Assembly: GCA_038496445.1 (NCBI GenBank)
Contig: JALMLS010000605.1
Span: 62,001-126,000, forward strand
DNA length: 64,000 nucleotides
Source of the DNA: Trichosphaerium sp. ATCC 40318
Lineage: Eukaryota > Protista > Tubulinea
Direction: 5' to 3'
In this document: in pieces, positions 12,661 to 25,789 of the stretch
Layout of the letters: every line of letters starts with the position of its first letter
Position numbering within the stretch: the stretch's first letter is position 1
Notes under the pieces: generated by a model
What the model was told of the DNA's origin: nothing
Database searches by the model: none
Seen by the model: the letters and a program-made list of their open reading frames with translations, nothing else
Program-made: the position numbers and the translations under genes

Positions 12661-14738
12661 CTAGAACGTCTGTAACGAAAATGAGTTAGTTGACCTGTTA
12701 CAACTGACAGGTTTTTTTTGTGAATGTTATATACGTACGTCTGAATCTGCGTGTTTCTTGAGTAATGCATCAAAAGATGTCTTTGATTCATCCTCTGTTT
12801 TATTACTATCTTCATTCTTCTCAGGACTCAAATTTTTAGCCATGAGAGCTTTAGCACGCTGTAATGCAAGTTCTAGAGGATCTTGTGTAGGTGCAGGTAC
12901 AGGTGTCAATGTATCGTATTGCGTCATTGACATTGATTTTTTTATTGGAGATTGGACCTGTGTTGGAGCTATCTCTCTTATTTGTGTGGCATCAATAGGA
13001 GGCTACAAGTACAATTAATTACAAGTTGATTTGCACGTGTTAAAACAAGAACAATACGCACAGCAGAATCGTCACCTTCTCCTTCACTTGCAAGTTCATC
13101 AAAAATAGAATGTGGAATAGCTGAATTTTCACGTGTTATCGATTCATCATTTGTCGGTTTACCTCTTAACGATTCATCTTCTGCGGCTGAAGAAAGTACA
13201 CCCCTGTTATTACAAAAGAAATTAGCATCAGAAAGAAACATACATTGCCAAAAAAAGTGCCATAACATACCAGGAGTCTTTTTGCTCTTCAGACTGTTCG
13301 ACTTGTTGAATCATGTTCTGAGACTTTTCGCTTTCAACCGTTTCCGGTAAATTAATACCTAATGCTCTTAATGCATCAAGCTCTTCTTGTTCATCGTCAT
13401 CATCATCGTCGTCAAAGCCATCTTCTTCATCACTAAACAAATTTGGATACTTTCGGCGCAGCTCGCTTTGGTCAATACTATCATCAAGCCCTGTGTCATT
13501 TGTCATATTTTTTAAGACTGGCTCGTCGCTTGAATTTCCATCATCGTCTTCAAGACCAAAGCCTCCAGTTGTTGTATTTTCATTTGTTGTTTTCTTTAGC
13601 TTTTGTTTCTTTGTTTTATTCTCGTTTACAATATCTAACTTGGCATCAATTGATTTTCTCTTTTTGGTTGGCTTCTTCTTTGTTTTTGACTCTTTAGATG
13701 ATCGCCGTTTCTTCACTAGTGAATCTCTTATTAATCCTCCACAACAAAGTATAAACACGCACCAATACCATCCTTTGCTTCTCCCAGTTGTATCCTCAAG
13801 GAAGCTATCAACTGTGTCTGTTCCTCAATCTTATAATTTGCTGTAGAAAGCAACTTTTCAAGCTCTACAATCCTTTTATCCCTTGCTTTCACCAACAACT
13901 GTAATTGTTGTGCTGACTGTTGTTTTACAGCACGTGCTGGAGATAGAATAAACTGCGGCTTTGAAGGTGTGCCAAGTAAACGCTTAGCAGGTGTACGAGA
14001 AGCACGTGTTTTGGCGGGAGTGCTCAATTTGGAAGTTGCTGCACGTCCGTGAATCGTTGCACCTGCTTTGATCAACAGCGCTGCGACATGCTTGCATTTT
14101 CCTGGAAGCTCAGTTAAAAAACCTTTTTAATCCCGCGCTATGAGTTGTACCATTTTTTTCGCCATCAGCGCAGTGACACGCCGCGTCTTGGATGTTACCT
14201 GCGTGCCTGAGTTTTGTGTCAATGATTTGCGCCAACGATTTTTATATACAGGTTTCTGACACGTACCATCGCACCCAAGCGTTGTATGGGAGCTCTCCTC
14301 CACCCTGTATGCTTCCTTTCAATGTTGTACTGTCATAACTCCATTTAACGTTATCCACACGGTTCTTAGAAGGTAATTAGTACGTTAGAAGGCTAATTGA
14401 ATAAAATACAAAGCTTAGTGCGATGAAAACGATAATTTTTATCATGGTGGATGTGTAACGCACGCTGGATACATATTTTTTGCCTTGTTCGAAATTTTTC
14501 CAACCAGTCCACCCAGCAATACCTCCTGATGGATGCATTAGCGCGATAATGCGCAATACAGACCTCTGGCGCCAGATTCAAGTACAAAAGGCACGAAAGG
14601 TCGTTTTTTTAAGTCATAACGTCGCGTATTCTTCACTGAACACCAAACGTCATTAGAATTGCAGTCTACTGCAGCACTAATAGTGTTACCGCGTAATATA
14701 CGACTCACGGCCCAAAAACTTAAGGCACTAAGCAGCAT
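12661..14738 (-). CDS. SWIM zinc-finger protein with coiled coil and long acidic/basic disordered tail (start uncertain)
   Basis: NFEQGKKYV..TLKGSIQGGGELPYNAWV..DAACHCADGEKNGKCKHVAALL (CxC..CxH SWIM); ORFs 13731-14075, 13228-13758, 12727-12933. Confidence 0.75.
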
Positions 14739-14773
14739 TCACAAACAAGAACTAAAAACGTCACCTTTCTATA

Positions 14774-17770
14774 ATGAGTGAACCACCGTCTCCTATTAAA
14801 CGTAATTTATCGAAAGGGCTATTTTCTGCACGGGCAGCTGACACTTTGAAACTCTCAAGGTGAGTTACTTTTAAAATAAGTCCCTAACTGTCTATAGTCG
14901 CGCCGCGAGGAAGGTAGTAAACTCTATCATTGGCACTGATTTTTTTACGCCGAACGACACTAATCAACCAGCTACTGATGCAAGTGGCGATGAGTGGGTG
15001 GATGCACCGCCTATTATTGACGCAACGGAGATGACTGACTACACGGACGATTACGAGCCAAGTGATGAGGGTACAAGCTTTTTCCACGCACAAAGAACGT
15101 CTACATGTGTTTTAAAGTATTATTGTCACAAAACTACAAATAGCCGCAAAAGCAAATGGCTAGCCTACTCACTATAAGCTTCACCACAACCCTAAAACCT
15201 CCAGCAATTCTAAATTGTTTTAAGAGCTCTGCAAATCCTTCCGTTGTTTTCGTTTATTTACGGCTTCTTACAACGCCTTTAGCTCACATAAACGTACCTG
15301 AATGGATGCAAGATGACAACTGGGATCTGGATGACGTTGTTCTTCCAATCTACACCGAGAACGTATGTGATGCAACAACAAAATTTTGTTTTACTTAGTT
15401 TCAAAATAACTGCTTCTTTTTTCCGTCTTTTCAATAGCCATACTGAGTACAATACCAACATGTTGTTATAGGAGGTAGAAAAAATAGAGTCAAGGATACC
15501 CAAAAAGAAGAAGTCGCCAGCGAGCGAGAAGTTAATTAATGTCACCTCAGAATTTAGTACCAGCGGCTCTGACTCAGTACCGAGCACTGATACTCCCGAG
15601 ACGTCAACAAGTACCGAAGACGAGAAAAGTGGAGCCACTGAGTCTAAAGACACTGAGAAAAAAGAAAGCAGCGATGAGTCGTCTCAGTCTTCAGGATCTA
15701 ATCCATCCATTGATATCGATGGTGGATTAAAGCTCCCAAGCGATGCGTCCATATCAGATGGTGAGGGTGACTACGAGCCATCTATTTCTGGGGTAGGTCT
15801 TATTTTGAGCAAGACACGTGACACTGTATTCTCATGTATTTATAGGGTAGTAATTCGGATGTTGCCAGTGTCTCTTCACGGTCTAAAGTGCCTAAACCGA
15901 GGATAATAGGTTTGTTGTCATTTTTAACACTTAGTTTGTTGTACTCATAGCCTCTCAAAGAAGTCAGTGGAGGTAAATCTGAGAGCGATTCTGGCGAGTC
16001 TGAGACATCAACTGATACAAGTGATGAGGATTCAGACAGTGCTGGCGATTTCGAAGTTAAACCAGCTTCTAGCGCTCGATCTAATAAGCCTTCAGTCAGA
16101 AGAACAACGTCAACACCTGCTATAGGTTATACAGGAACTGTTCATGGGAGTACACCAATGAGTTTGCTCCTGCCAAAAGCAACAGATGATAAGCGTACTC
16201 TCAATAGAATGCCTTCAACTTACCTTGGCACTATAAAGTGCGTCATTGCCTACAGCATGTTGTTTTAAAGAATGAAAACACTGACTATATCTTGCGTAAA
16301 GAGGCGCTCAACAATATGCTCCTCCTACTAGCACGGATCCACAGAGATACAAGGGAACAGGACCTGGACGGGGTAGAGGAAGACGAGCGAATAGATTAGT
16401 ATTCAATAGCGCCGCAGATATTGTTGAAGGTGCAAACACGCCCAGTACTGCTGCTGCCGCTTCTGCCAGAATGAAGAGTCCTGCTGCTCATCATCGTATG
16501 CAACAGCAAAATGTAAATAAACCTAGAACAGGTGCACCAGTACGAGCAACTAAAAAGGGACCTAGCTTGTACGTTAATAGCTTAGTTGGACTGTTATAAA
16601 AACTCATCTTTCTTCTTTTTCAGGAAGCATGGAAAGCCATACTTTACAATCACTGTAACAGTTATGTTTATCATGGTATTTGTTTGGGTGCTTCTAATAG
16701 AGAATGGTATCACTAACGCTAAGATCAATCCTTTTTTTGGAGCATCACCTGCTACCCTCATCAGTACGCACATAACAAAAAAACCACTTCAGTATCCAGT
16801 GAATCTCATTCTTTTCATTAGCTGCTGGTGCCGTTTATGGACCATTGCTCATAAAATTTGGCGAATGGTGGAGACTCATAACAGCCACATATATACACGC
16901 CGGATTTAGTACGTGATTATTTAATCAATGTTGTGGATATATTCTAATGGATTTGTTGTAGTTCATATTATAGTTTCATTGCTTGTCTTTGTCAAGGTTG
17001 GACATCAGCTAGAGTACAAAAATGGGACATTAAGAATTGTACCAGTTTTTGTGGTTGCAGGGTTTATTGGCAATTGTGCAACAACCATATTTACACCACG
17101 TGTACGTGCCTTGGAAGCAGAAACTTCAACATATATTTTTTTAAATATGTTTTTTTGACTGGTCATGTTTAGCTACCTGCTGTTGGGCCTCAAGGCGCTA
17201 TTTTTGGGTTTCTGGGTGTTCTATTATTCGATTTAGTTCAGAATTGGTGGTTGATAAAGAACAAAACAAAAGTTTGCTTCACATACTCCTCAAGTGTTGT
17301 ATTCCTGTGCGCCTTTTTAAAATGTTTTTTTCTTTTACAATGCTCTAACACTTCGACCAGTATTGCACTTGGCTTCCTTCCTTTCATAGACTTTTGGTCA
17401 CCAGTGTTTGGCATGATCTCTGGTATAACTACAGGCATCATATTCATTCCATCCCTCAATTTTGGATACAGGTGCGCTGAATACACTTTTTGTTCTGTTT
17501 GCTTATCATCTTTTTTTCTCCCCATAGAACACCTAGAGCACGTATATTCCAGGTTGTAACGTTCTCAGTTGTGACAGTAACTATGTTTATAATATTCATG
17601 GCAGTTGTATTTGGTGGTGACTTGCCTTTGGATTGGTGTGGCTTTTGTCACAGCATGGATTGTATAGAAATTTTTGACTGGTACGAATATCTAGCAATTT
17701 AAACAATCTTTTTTTTTGGTACTTTCTAACTCCTTTGTAATAAAGGTGTCGAAGCCTTACTCAAGTTTGA
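14774..17770 (+). CDS. Rhomboid-family protein, predicted catalytically inactive (iRhom-like), with long Ser/acidic N-terminus
   Basis: NPFFGAS; GEWWRLITATYIHAGLVH; GHQLEYKNGTLRI; AVGPQGAIFG (GPx instead of GxS); GFLPFIDFWSPVFG (no catalytic His); C-terminal WCGFCHSMDC. Confidence 0.88.
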
Positions 17771-17888
17771 TTTGATGTGATCGACCTTGAGTCGTTTGAG
17801 TACTCAGCAAAACGTTTTGTAAATAAAAAAAAAACCACAAAATGAGATTCCTTGAAGTTTTTGTTCTTTGATAAGTCGATTGGTTTTA

Positions 17889-18985
17889 TCAAAAATTTAC
17901 ATGAAAGGTCTGTAAATGAACGCCAAAATGCTTGCCATTTACTTGCCATCTATAAAACTTTGCAGATATTGGATAACCAGACCACCATTCAACAATTTTG
18001 GCTTGAACATCAGGATGGTCTCTTTTCATTTCATCAAGAGTGATAAACTTACATTCTTCTTTTTCTATCCTGTCATTCTCATATGAATGTCGAAAAGTTG
18101 TAGAGTCACCAACAATATATCCACTTACAAAAGTATACTTTTGTACTAATCCATCACTCACCTTGTCTTTTTCCATTCTTATAAAAACATGAAATATGTA
18201 ACCTACTGTTCTGCTCCTTGTATACTCCTTCTAACTCATCGTTAGCATAAAAACTCTTTCTAACAAGTGTATGCTTATGACACCACTCGTTGTATGCATT
18301 GTCTTTTTTCCCTTTGATATAAAAACAATCAATCCAAATACATCCATTAGCGTGATACTGAATGTACTTTCCATCAATCTCACCGTCGATATAAGAGTAT
18401 ATTCTACAGGGTTTACCTGTATTATACCAATCTCTGTACTCTCCTACTATTTTCCCTAGAGCGTATGTGCACTCTTGCCGTAGTTGACCATTTAAATGCC
18501 AAGTTTTAAACTCGCCATTGATCTCACCGTCAACGTATTCGTGTTGTTTCTTTAAAGTTCCACTTGAATGCCACTCTTTGTATGATCCTTGACGGACACC
18601 AGTTACAAGGGTAAATTGTCTGTATGGCTTTCCATTATAGTACCATTCGTTGCACCTTCCTGAACGTACGCCATTCACAAACGAACAACGTAACCAGTGT
18701 ACTCTTGTGATATCTGTACCACCTAGTAAGCTATTAATATCTTTTAGCTTAATTCTCAAGTGTTAGTTTTACCTCACACGTGTGACAACAAACTAGATTT
18801 TTTGAATCAAAAACGTTGTTTTGTTGGTACCACCTAACGTATTAAACGTACCTTCCATGTCTGTTTAATTCAGTATTAAACCTTGTAGATACGGCCGCTT
18901 GTTTGGACAACAGAGGCCATAGCGTGTACAGCCTCAAATCAAATTCCATAATATCAAGTTGGAGCTCTCCTGGCAGTTGTAACAT
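17889..18985 (-). CDS. F-box-like plus MORN-variant (YwqK-like) repeat protein, probably frameshifted near 18154
   Basis: MLQLPGELQLDI at 18985; about 7 repeats of W[YH]xNG..Y..G..G.Y in ORF 18154-18759; repeat-like sequence continues in another frame (ORF 17889-18176). Confidence 0.75.
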
Positions 18986-19146
18986 ACTCTACTGTTTAGT
19001 AATTAAACCTAAACAAATAAAAAGCTCACGTGTACCTCAATATTAGACTTATTATCGTTACTTCAAAGTCGTAATATCAGTTTTTCTTGTACAGCAACCG
19101 TTTAACAAGTAAAGAAGCAATAGTTTAAGTTAGGTTTATTGTTAAT

Positions 19147-20364
19147 TTAAGGCTGCCTTCTGCCGCGGCTAGAGGTAAGAAACATACCTACGGGCAACAA
19201 AAATCGCGCTCGTGGGTATGATCACGTGGATGCAAGAATTACATTCTGAGTGGTGTCCTTTTGGAATCACCGTTTTTTGAGAGACCTCATCCCTGGTTTA
19301 AGTTCTCCCTGTGTAAGTTCCAAGACCATCTTCTCTATTGGTTTAAAACGTTCTTTTGCTTCATCTGAAATAGACGTATCGTTCATGTATCCTTTCCGCA
19401 TGATAGTAAAGGAGTAGTCTAATTAACAAATAAGCAAATAAAAACTATAGTCTTCAGGTGCTGTACCTCTAGTGAGTTTCTTATAAGGGTTCTGTGTTAA
19501 TTGTTCTAATGACTCAGGTATGTTATGCACGTGATCTGCCTCAATTGAACGCTAATGAAGAGTGAGGATTAGTGGGGTTTTTTCCTCTTTTTTTCTCGTT
19601 TTTTAGACGTTACCTCAACGTCTGTTTTAGCTGCTAACATATTTTCTATGCTACTCACAATAATCAGATCAAATTGTTCTAAGATATCAACAAACGTACC
19701 CAACTCTAACAGTAGCTAAAGGAGATGTGAGCTGATGAAAACACTAAAAAAAAAAGAGGCGAAATGGCATTACCAGTAAACAAGCAAACTCTGTCGTTGT
19801 TGTATAGGACTTCAAACTTGTTTAGAGTGTCTTCTATCCGTGGCAATAACTCTTTGAGTTTTATGATTGTACCAGAGTTCCTACAAGAGTGGTTATTGCT
19901 AAATGCACCTTTTGCCAAATGTGGCAAAAACAACAGTTACTCACCGAACGCGACACAAATCGAGCTGCAAGTCATGCATTGACTCATCTAATGGAGGACG
20001 TCCAGCGTGATTGTCTAGAACAATACGCTTCCACGGTCCTGTCAGTTGTTAGTGTTTGTTTCATTAGTTCAACCGCACGTTGTTCTGAGTAGAATCGCGT
20101 TTCCCACAGGTGAAGGCGGTTTATAGTGCTTGGCAATAAAAACTCATACTTACGCGTAGCGTAATTGCGTTTGTGCGCTTTACGCCATGTAATAGGCTAT
20201 TTGGTGATGAAAATAAGCAATATGGTGGTAATAACTGATTATCTCACTTGATCAACGATTGTACGCCATGTTTTGCATGTAAGTATAACTGCTTTAATGT
20301 ATGTAATATCGTAGCGTTTAAATAATACATATTCCTTAAGCTCGTTTGGTAGTGTGGCAAACAT
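19147..20364 (-). CDS. F-box protein
   Basis: MFATLPNELKEYVLF..VILTCKTWRTIVDQPITWR is a typical F-box; downstream exons join through GT-AG introns to TAA at 19147. Confidence 0.75.
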
Positions 20365-20382
20365 TTTAAACTTTTATTAAAA

Positions 20383-21698
20383 TTATGATTTGGCTTTCTT
20401 GGTCTTTTTTTTCTTCTTTACTTCCATTGATTTTCTTAGCTCTCCAGCAATCTCCTCTTCTATTTCCTCCCTATTTTCCTCGTCAGGATCTTCATATGCA
20501 GCCATCTTAAACAGGGCGCGTCCAACGTCGGATTTGAGTTGGTGTTTCCCACCCCAGATGTCGGGTAGATTTTCTTCATCGAAATAAGGTAATAGATCCT
20601 TTTCGGAGTCCAAAATGGATATCTACTTGCGTTAGAACGTATGTAATTTTCTCAACTACGCACTTTTTTAACAGTTGCAGCAGGCATCACAAGAGAGGCA
20701 AGCTTGAAAAGAGCCCAAAAGAGCCTAAAGACAAATATTCGTTAAACAAGTTTTGACTTTTTTTTTCTATTTTTTGCTTTACCAGTTTGTTCTGAGTACT
20801 AGAATTTCGCCAACGCGCTCTGGGTAGTACTTTTCAAAAGATTGAGTTATCTCACCCAACATCTTTTTATCAAAGTTCTTTCGGGCGTATCCTTTACGAT
20901 CATAAATGATCAGGAACTTGTGTTGACCTGGAGGCATCCTGGGCAAAAAGCATGTTTAGCAAATGTCGCGATAGTTGATGTAATGGCTTTTTGTCGTACA
21001 TTTTGATTCCCTGCTGAATAACATAGTGGAATGACTTCATTATATCTTCCATTGGTGCCTGACCTGGAGTATGGAGAGCTGGCAGTAGCAACAATACAGG
21101 ACGCCCTTGTTTATCATGTGGCAGTAGTAACAGCTTGTCTTTTAAATGAAGCGTCAGAGTTTGCTTTGGTTACTGTCGCGTAGACGCACCCTTTTCGTAC
21201 TCGGACTGGACTTGGCTCAGTTTTATTTTATGTGGTTTGTATGTATCCATCCATTGCTATAACGTCATTAGTTTTTGATCAGGAACACAACCCGCCAGCG
21301 CACGAGGTATTCAATAAACATGTCATAGCTCTTTTTAACGTTAAACTCCCTATTTATGGTACGTTAGACGCTGTTTAACGCAAAGTAGTACCTCGCAACC
21401 AAAAATCGATGCAATTCGGCTTTATCTTTACCCCTCTTGCTGTACTGCGTTTCGCTGAGCATTTTACGTAGCTCTTTGATGGCCTTGTAAAAAACTAAAT
21501 TAACTTTTCAAAATTGTGTTGTTAAAACGCGTACTGCTTCGGTTTTATCATCATATTTTACTTTAGGAGAGCTTTCTATTACACATTAAAATTGTGAGCA
21601 ACGCGAAAAAGAAAATAGCCTTACTTGTACTCTCCTACGTTACCATTAGTTTAGATTTACTATTTTTTAGGTACCTTTTTGCTCTTAGGTTCTGCCAT
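20383..21698 (-). CDS. CRAL-TRIO (Sec14-like) lipid-binding protein
   Basis: LHRFLVAREFNVKKS; DKQGRPVLL; YYPERVGEI; LLPYFDEENLPDIWGG. Confidence 0.9.
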
Positions 21699-21940
21699 TG
21701 TGGTGATTTTGTAGTTTTTTCCGTTAAATAAGACTGTTGAATTTCAGCAAAAAAGCCACGTTAAAATAGTGTTTAATACTTTAACAGCTACCGGATTAGT
21801 TCTTTTCGGGTTGTTTGATGAGTTTTAACGCTATCAATTAGCCAAATGTGATCAGACTCGTGAGATAATCTAAGGCTTTGAAAACAAGTTGACTTATTCA
21901 AATTTCAGTTTAGTACCTTGTATTGTAGTGCACGTACGCA

Positions 21941-24004
21941 ATGCAGGTGTTCAACGACGCGTGGGACGCTTGCACATCTCCCAAATTCTATGCTTACAAA
22001 GTGCCTCAAAAGTCGGTAATACAAACCCTGGTATACTTTCTACAAATAGGGTTTGTATTGGCACTAGTTACGACGGCATTATTCACTATAGTGGCCAATC
22101 CTTTCTTAGCGAAGCTAAAATACAGTGATATCATGGGAGAATGCATGGGTACGCTAATAACGCCATTTTTCGATGGCTTATATTAAAAAAAACAATATTT
22201 GGCTTGTGTGGCACTATTTCAGTGGTTCATCGCACTTGGACGTTATTTTACTACTCTACACATTCACCCACGCGTTGCTAAACATTTCCAACACGTGGTG
22301 ACGTCAGACCTTCTATAAACAGTAATAACGACTTTGAATACAATAATAACTCGTATAGCATCATTTCCATCAGGATTGACGATTTCAATGATAGAATATC
22401 AAGGGAAAGATAGTGTTCTTCGTGTCAACAAGAGTATGTCAGCTAAAATACCTTTCAGGCATTAATATTGTACCGCAAGAGTTACCTGTTGCAATAAAAT
22501 CGCCACCACTTTTTTGGGGATACTCTAAAGACACAAAACAAAAGAAACAAACTGATGAAGAACGACTTTGGAAGTACGTGTGGGATAAAGGTACCTCATT
22601 AATTTAAATGTTATGTCATTTCTGACGTGTTGTAGTTGGTGTGGGGATAACAAGAGTAAGTTAAGCAACAAATTGCATCTTGTTTTTTTGTGACACGTGT
22701 CAAAAAAAATACGAAATGTCAAAAAAACGCTTTTAAATCATTTGAGAAATCTTTTATCACTACTATTGCTAATGACTGTTATAAAGGATAAACTACCCAA
22801 CTTGGTAGTTTTTGCACCTAAGCCAACGACTAAAATTGAATCAACAAACTGGGATAGTATCTGCAAACAGGTACACGAGCACTTTATTTTTTTTTTCTTC
22901 TTTTTTCGCTTGACTTGAACGCACTGTACAACTCCAGATTTAGCACTTATTCAAGAATTTATTACTCATGTATCTATAGCACCACGCTATGATAGTAACA
23001 GTAGAGGTGGGTGTGGTGGTATGTACCAACCTGTTTGATAAACATCCACTCGATATTGCAGATATAGACGTCCTCTCTAATCCTAGTCAATTCGTGAATG
23101 ACCTCACAGGAACACATGAAGCATTATTTATTCCATTTGGTAACACAAAGTCATTCCGTATTGACAGAGCTGTTGTAAAAAAGTTTTTAACAAATCTCGA
23201 CAAACAGTTTTACTTGTCACATATTTGCAAGACAAAAGCAATAGTAGGTATATTTGCTGCTATACTATTTGTTCTACTTCTTAGTAGTTTCATGGTACCT
23301 ACACATGTTTTTTTCTTCTTTTTTTTTGTATCGCTAACTGGTCCTTTTTTTTTTCAGTTACAATGGTTGCCTATTATTGGGTTTTTATGCATAATCATGT
23401 CGCTCTCTACACGCTGTTTTACCTTCCTGCAACTCACATGTTATATTCCATTCCTTGAAGCCGCCAAAATAAGCGCATATGGTACGTAATTCATGTCCCA
23501 TACAAAGTAAAACTAAGCACGTGGGAAATGTATTTTACCAAAATACAATTGCTTCTTATCTTCGGAAGACTAACTTAAGTTTAGCGCTGACACCAGCGAT
23601 ATTATACTATTCTGTACTACCGCCAGGCATATGGGGTACGTGTATAGATACATTTTACTTTTTGTGCTAATCAGAAGTCAAGGATTCGTGTTATCTTCTG
23701 TTTGGTTTGTTTATGTTTGTGTAAAACTACCACAATTTTACAATCAGTCTGAGTATTGGATGGAGTGGTGGCGTTCATTAACTCCTATACAACAACGTGC
23801 TTATTACCAACAATATTATCCACAGCACTATGCATACTTGGTACAGGTACGTCCCTCAAAAAATAAGTTCAAAAACGGACTGTTTTCATTTTTTTGTTTC
23901 ACCGTTGCTCACTCTCTGTCTAGAACAACTTCAACATGCAAAATCCACCAAACAATGGCGACAATGCTGCCGAAAATGATCAACCACAAGAGGGTGCCGA
24001 ATAA
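21941..24004 (+). CDS. Uncharacterised multi-pass membrane protein
   Basis: N-terminal TM, luminal region, several C-terminal TM exons and Gln/Tyr-rich tail; GT-AG introns. Confidence 0.6.
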
Positions 24005-24111
24005 TAACACCATGTAAATAAAATTTATAAACTACAGAACGGAACATTTACTTTGCATCTTTTTTGGAAATCAAAGTTTATTTTTCAGTTTTCTTTCTAT
24101 CGCGCAAGCTC

Positions 24112-25729
24112 TCACTTTTTGTATTTTGCTTCAACGAACGGTAATTTAGCAACTTTAGCTGTGTACGTTTTATTTCTGATTTCAATATCTACTTCGCTTC
24201 CAACCTTTCCTTGTAGAGGCCTACGAATATACGTTATTCATTTAGAGCTCAACAGAAAAACAAGCATTTGAACACTTACTTGATATAACCCATCGCAATA
24301 TTTGCACCTAGAGAAGGAGAGAACGAGCCTGAAGTAATAACACCAATTTGTTTGCCATCAGCTTTTGCGAGTATATTGCTACCAGCTACGCGATCGTAAA
24401 TAAATGAAGACAACACAGCAATTTTTTTATGGCGTACCTCTACATGGTCTCTTGCCTTCTAGTTTTAATCCAACTCTCTTACGCTTGATTTTTGTAACTT
24501 TGTTGACTTGATCGAGTATGACGTCTGCACCAGGGAACCCTCCTTCCTTAACAATACTTTAAGCCACGTCCTGATGATTTCGCACGTACAGCTCGTCTAC
24601 GCTTTGAGATTGTCCACAACAAATTCGCTTCCTTTGGTGTCGTTGTATCATCGATATCATTACCGTACAAGCACATACCAGCTTCCAATCTAAGAGAATC
24701 TCTAGCACCCAAACCGCTAAGTTTCATGTTCTCATTTTCTAGCAGCTTTTCGGTTATTTCAGATGCAAATTCAGCAGGAACAGATAACTCGAATCCATCT
24801 TCTCCAGTGTACCCTAAGAAACGGTGTTAACGTTACCTGTTCGAATTCGAACTTCTTACCTGATCTTTGTGCGTAACACTTATGACCACACAAAGTTATC
24901 TCTTTGCCTGTCATAAACACCATTGTGCTTAGATCTTCTGAAACAAGTGGTTGTAGAATCTCCTCTGACATTGGACCTTGAACGGCTAATAAGCCTCTGT
25001 TTGAAACAACCTCAATATCAGCTTTTCCGTTAGAGCTCTTGAAAGCTTCAAGCTTGCTCATTATATGTGCCAAATCCTTGTCGTAGCAAGCAGCATTAAC
25101 AACAAACGTTACAGCGTCTGGACGACGTGTTATGATAGTGTCATCGATGATACCACCTTTATATTTTTCAGCCTTTTTTTTTTTTTGTTGTTTTTTTTAA
25201 ATTATTTGGATACCTTGGTCGTTTGTGAACATTGAGAGTGTTGCAGTGTCTTCTGGGAGATTTTTTACATCCGCGACAGTGATGCTTATGAGGTGTTAAA
25301 ACAACAAAAAAGTGAAAAGTTTTTGGTTTCTCTATTTGCAGCTCACCTCTCTATAAACTTGACGCTGTCTGGCCCTGTACAACGTATCTGTCCCATGTGA
25401 GAGACGTCAAAAAGCGATGACTTGGTTCTAGTGTGATTATGGGAGTCAATCAATCCCTTTGGATGCTTGTTAGCATTTAAAAGCGCGTATTTACCGTACC
25501 AAGCCTTTGTAAACAACTGGCATGTCATAACCTGCGAAAGGTACCATTTTACCGCCGTATTTAACATGGAGTGCGTGTAGGGGTGTTTGTTTAAGTGGTT
25601 CTCCCTGAAAACGATTTAGTAGCGCTGGAAACACTCCAGTACCTGAGCGGCATAATGTCTTGCGCTCTTTCTAGCCACAATGCGCTGACTTGTTGCTGTA
25701 ACAGAACGACATAATACAGTAGTGGCCAT
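24112..25729 (-). CDS. gcvT: Aminomethyltransferase, glycine cleavage system T protein (mitochondrial)
   Basis: Transit peptide; [22 protein letters not shown]; [10 protein letters not shown]; LLAVQGP; GYTGEDGFE; [20 protein letters not shown]. Confidence 0.97.
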
Positions 25730-25789
25730 AACGGGTACAATAAACAGATTAGCTTTAAAATTGTCAATTATTTTCAAAAGCCTTGTACA

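Noticed and set aside
14914-15470. Large intron with a nested antisense gene in the rhomboid locus
   Set aside because: The plus strand reads through as acidic exons (DEWVDAPPII.., PEWMQDDNWD..) of the rhomboid N-terminus
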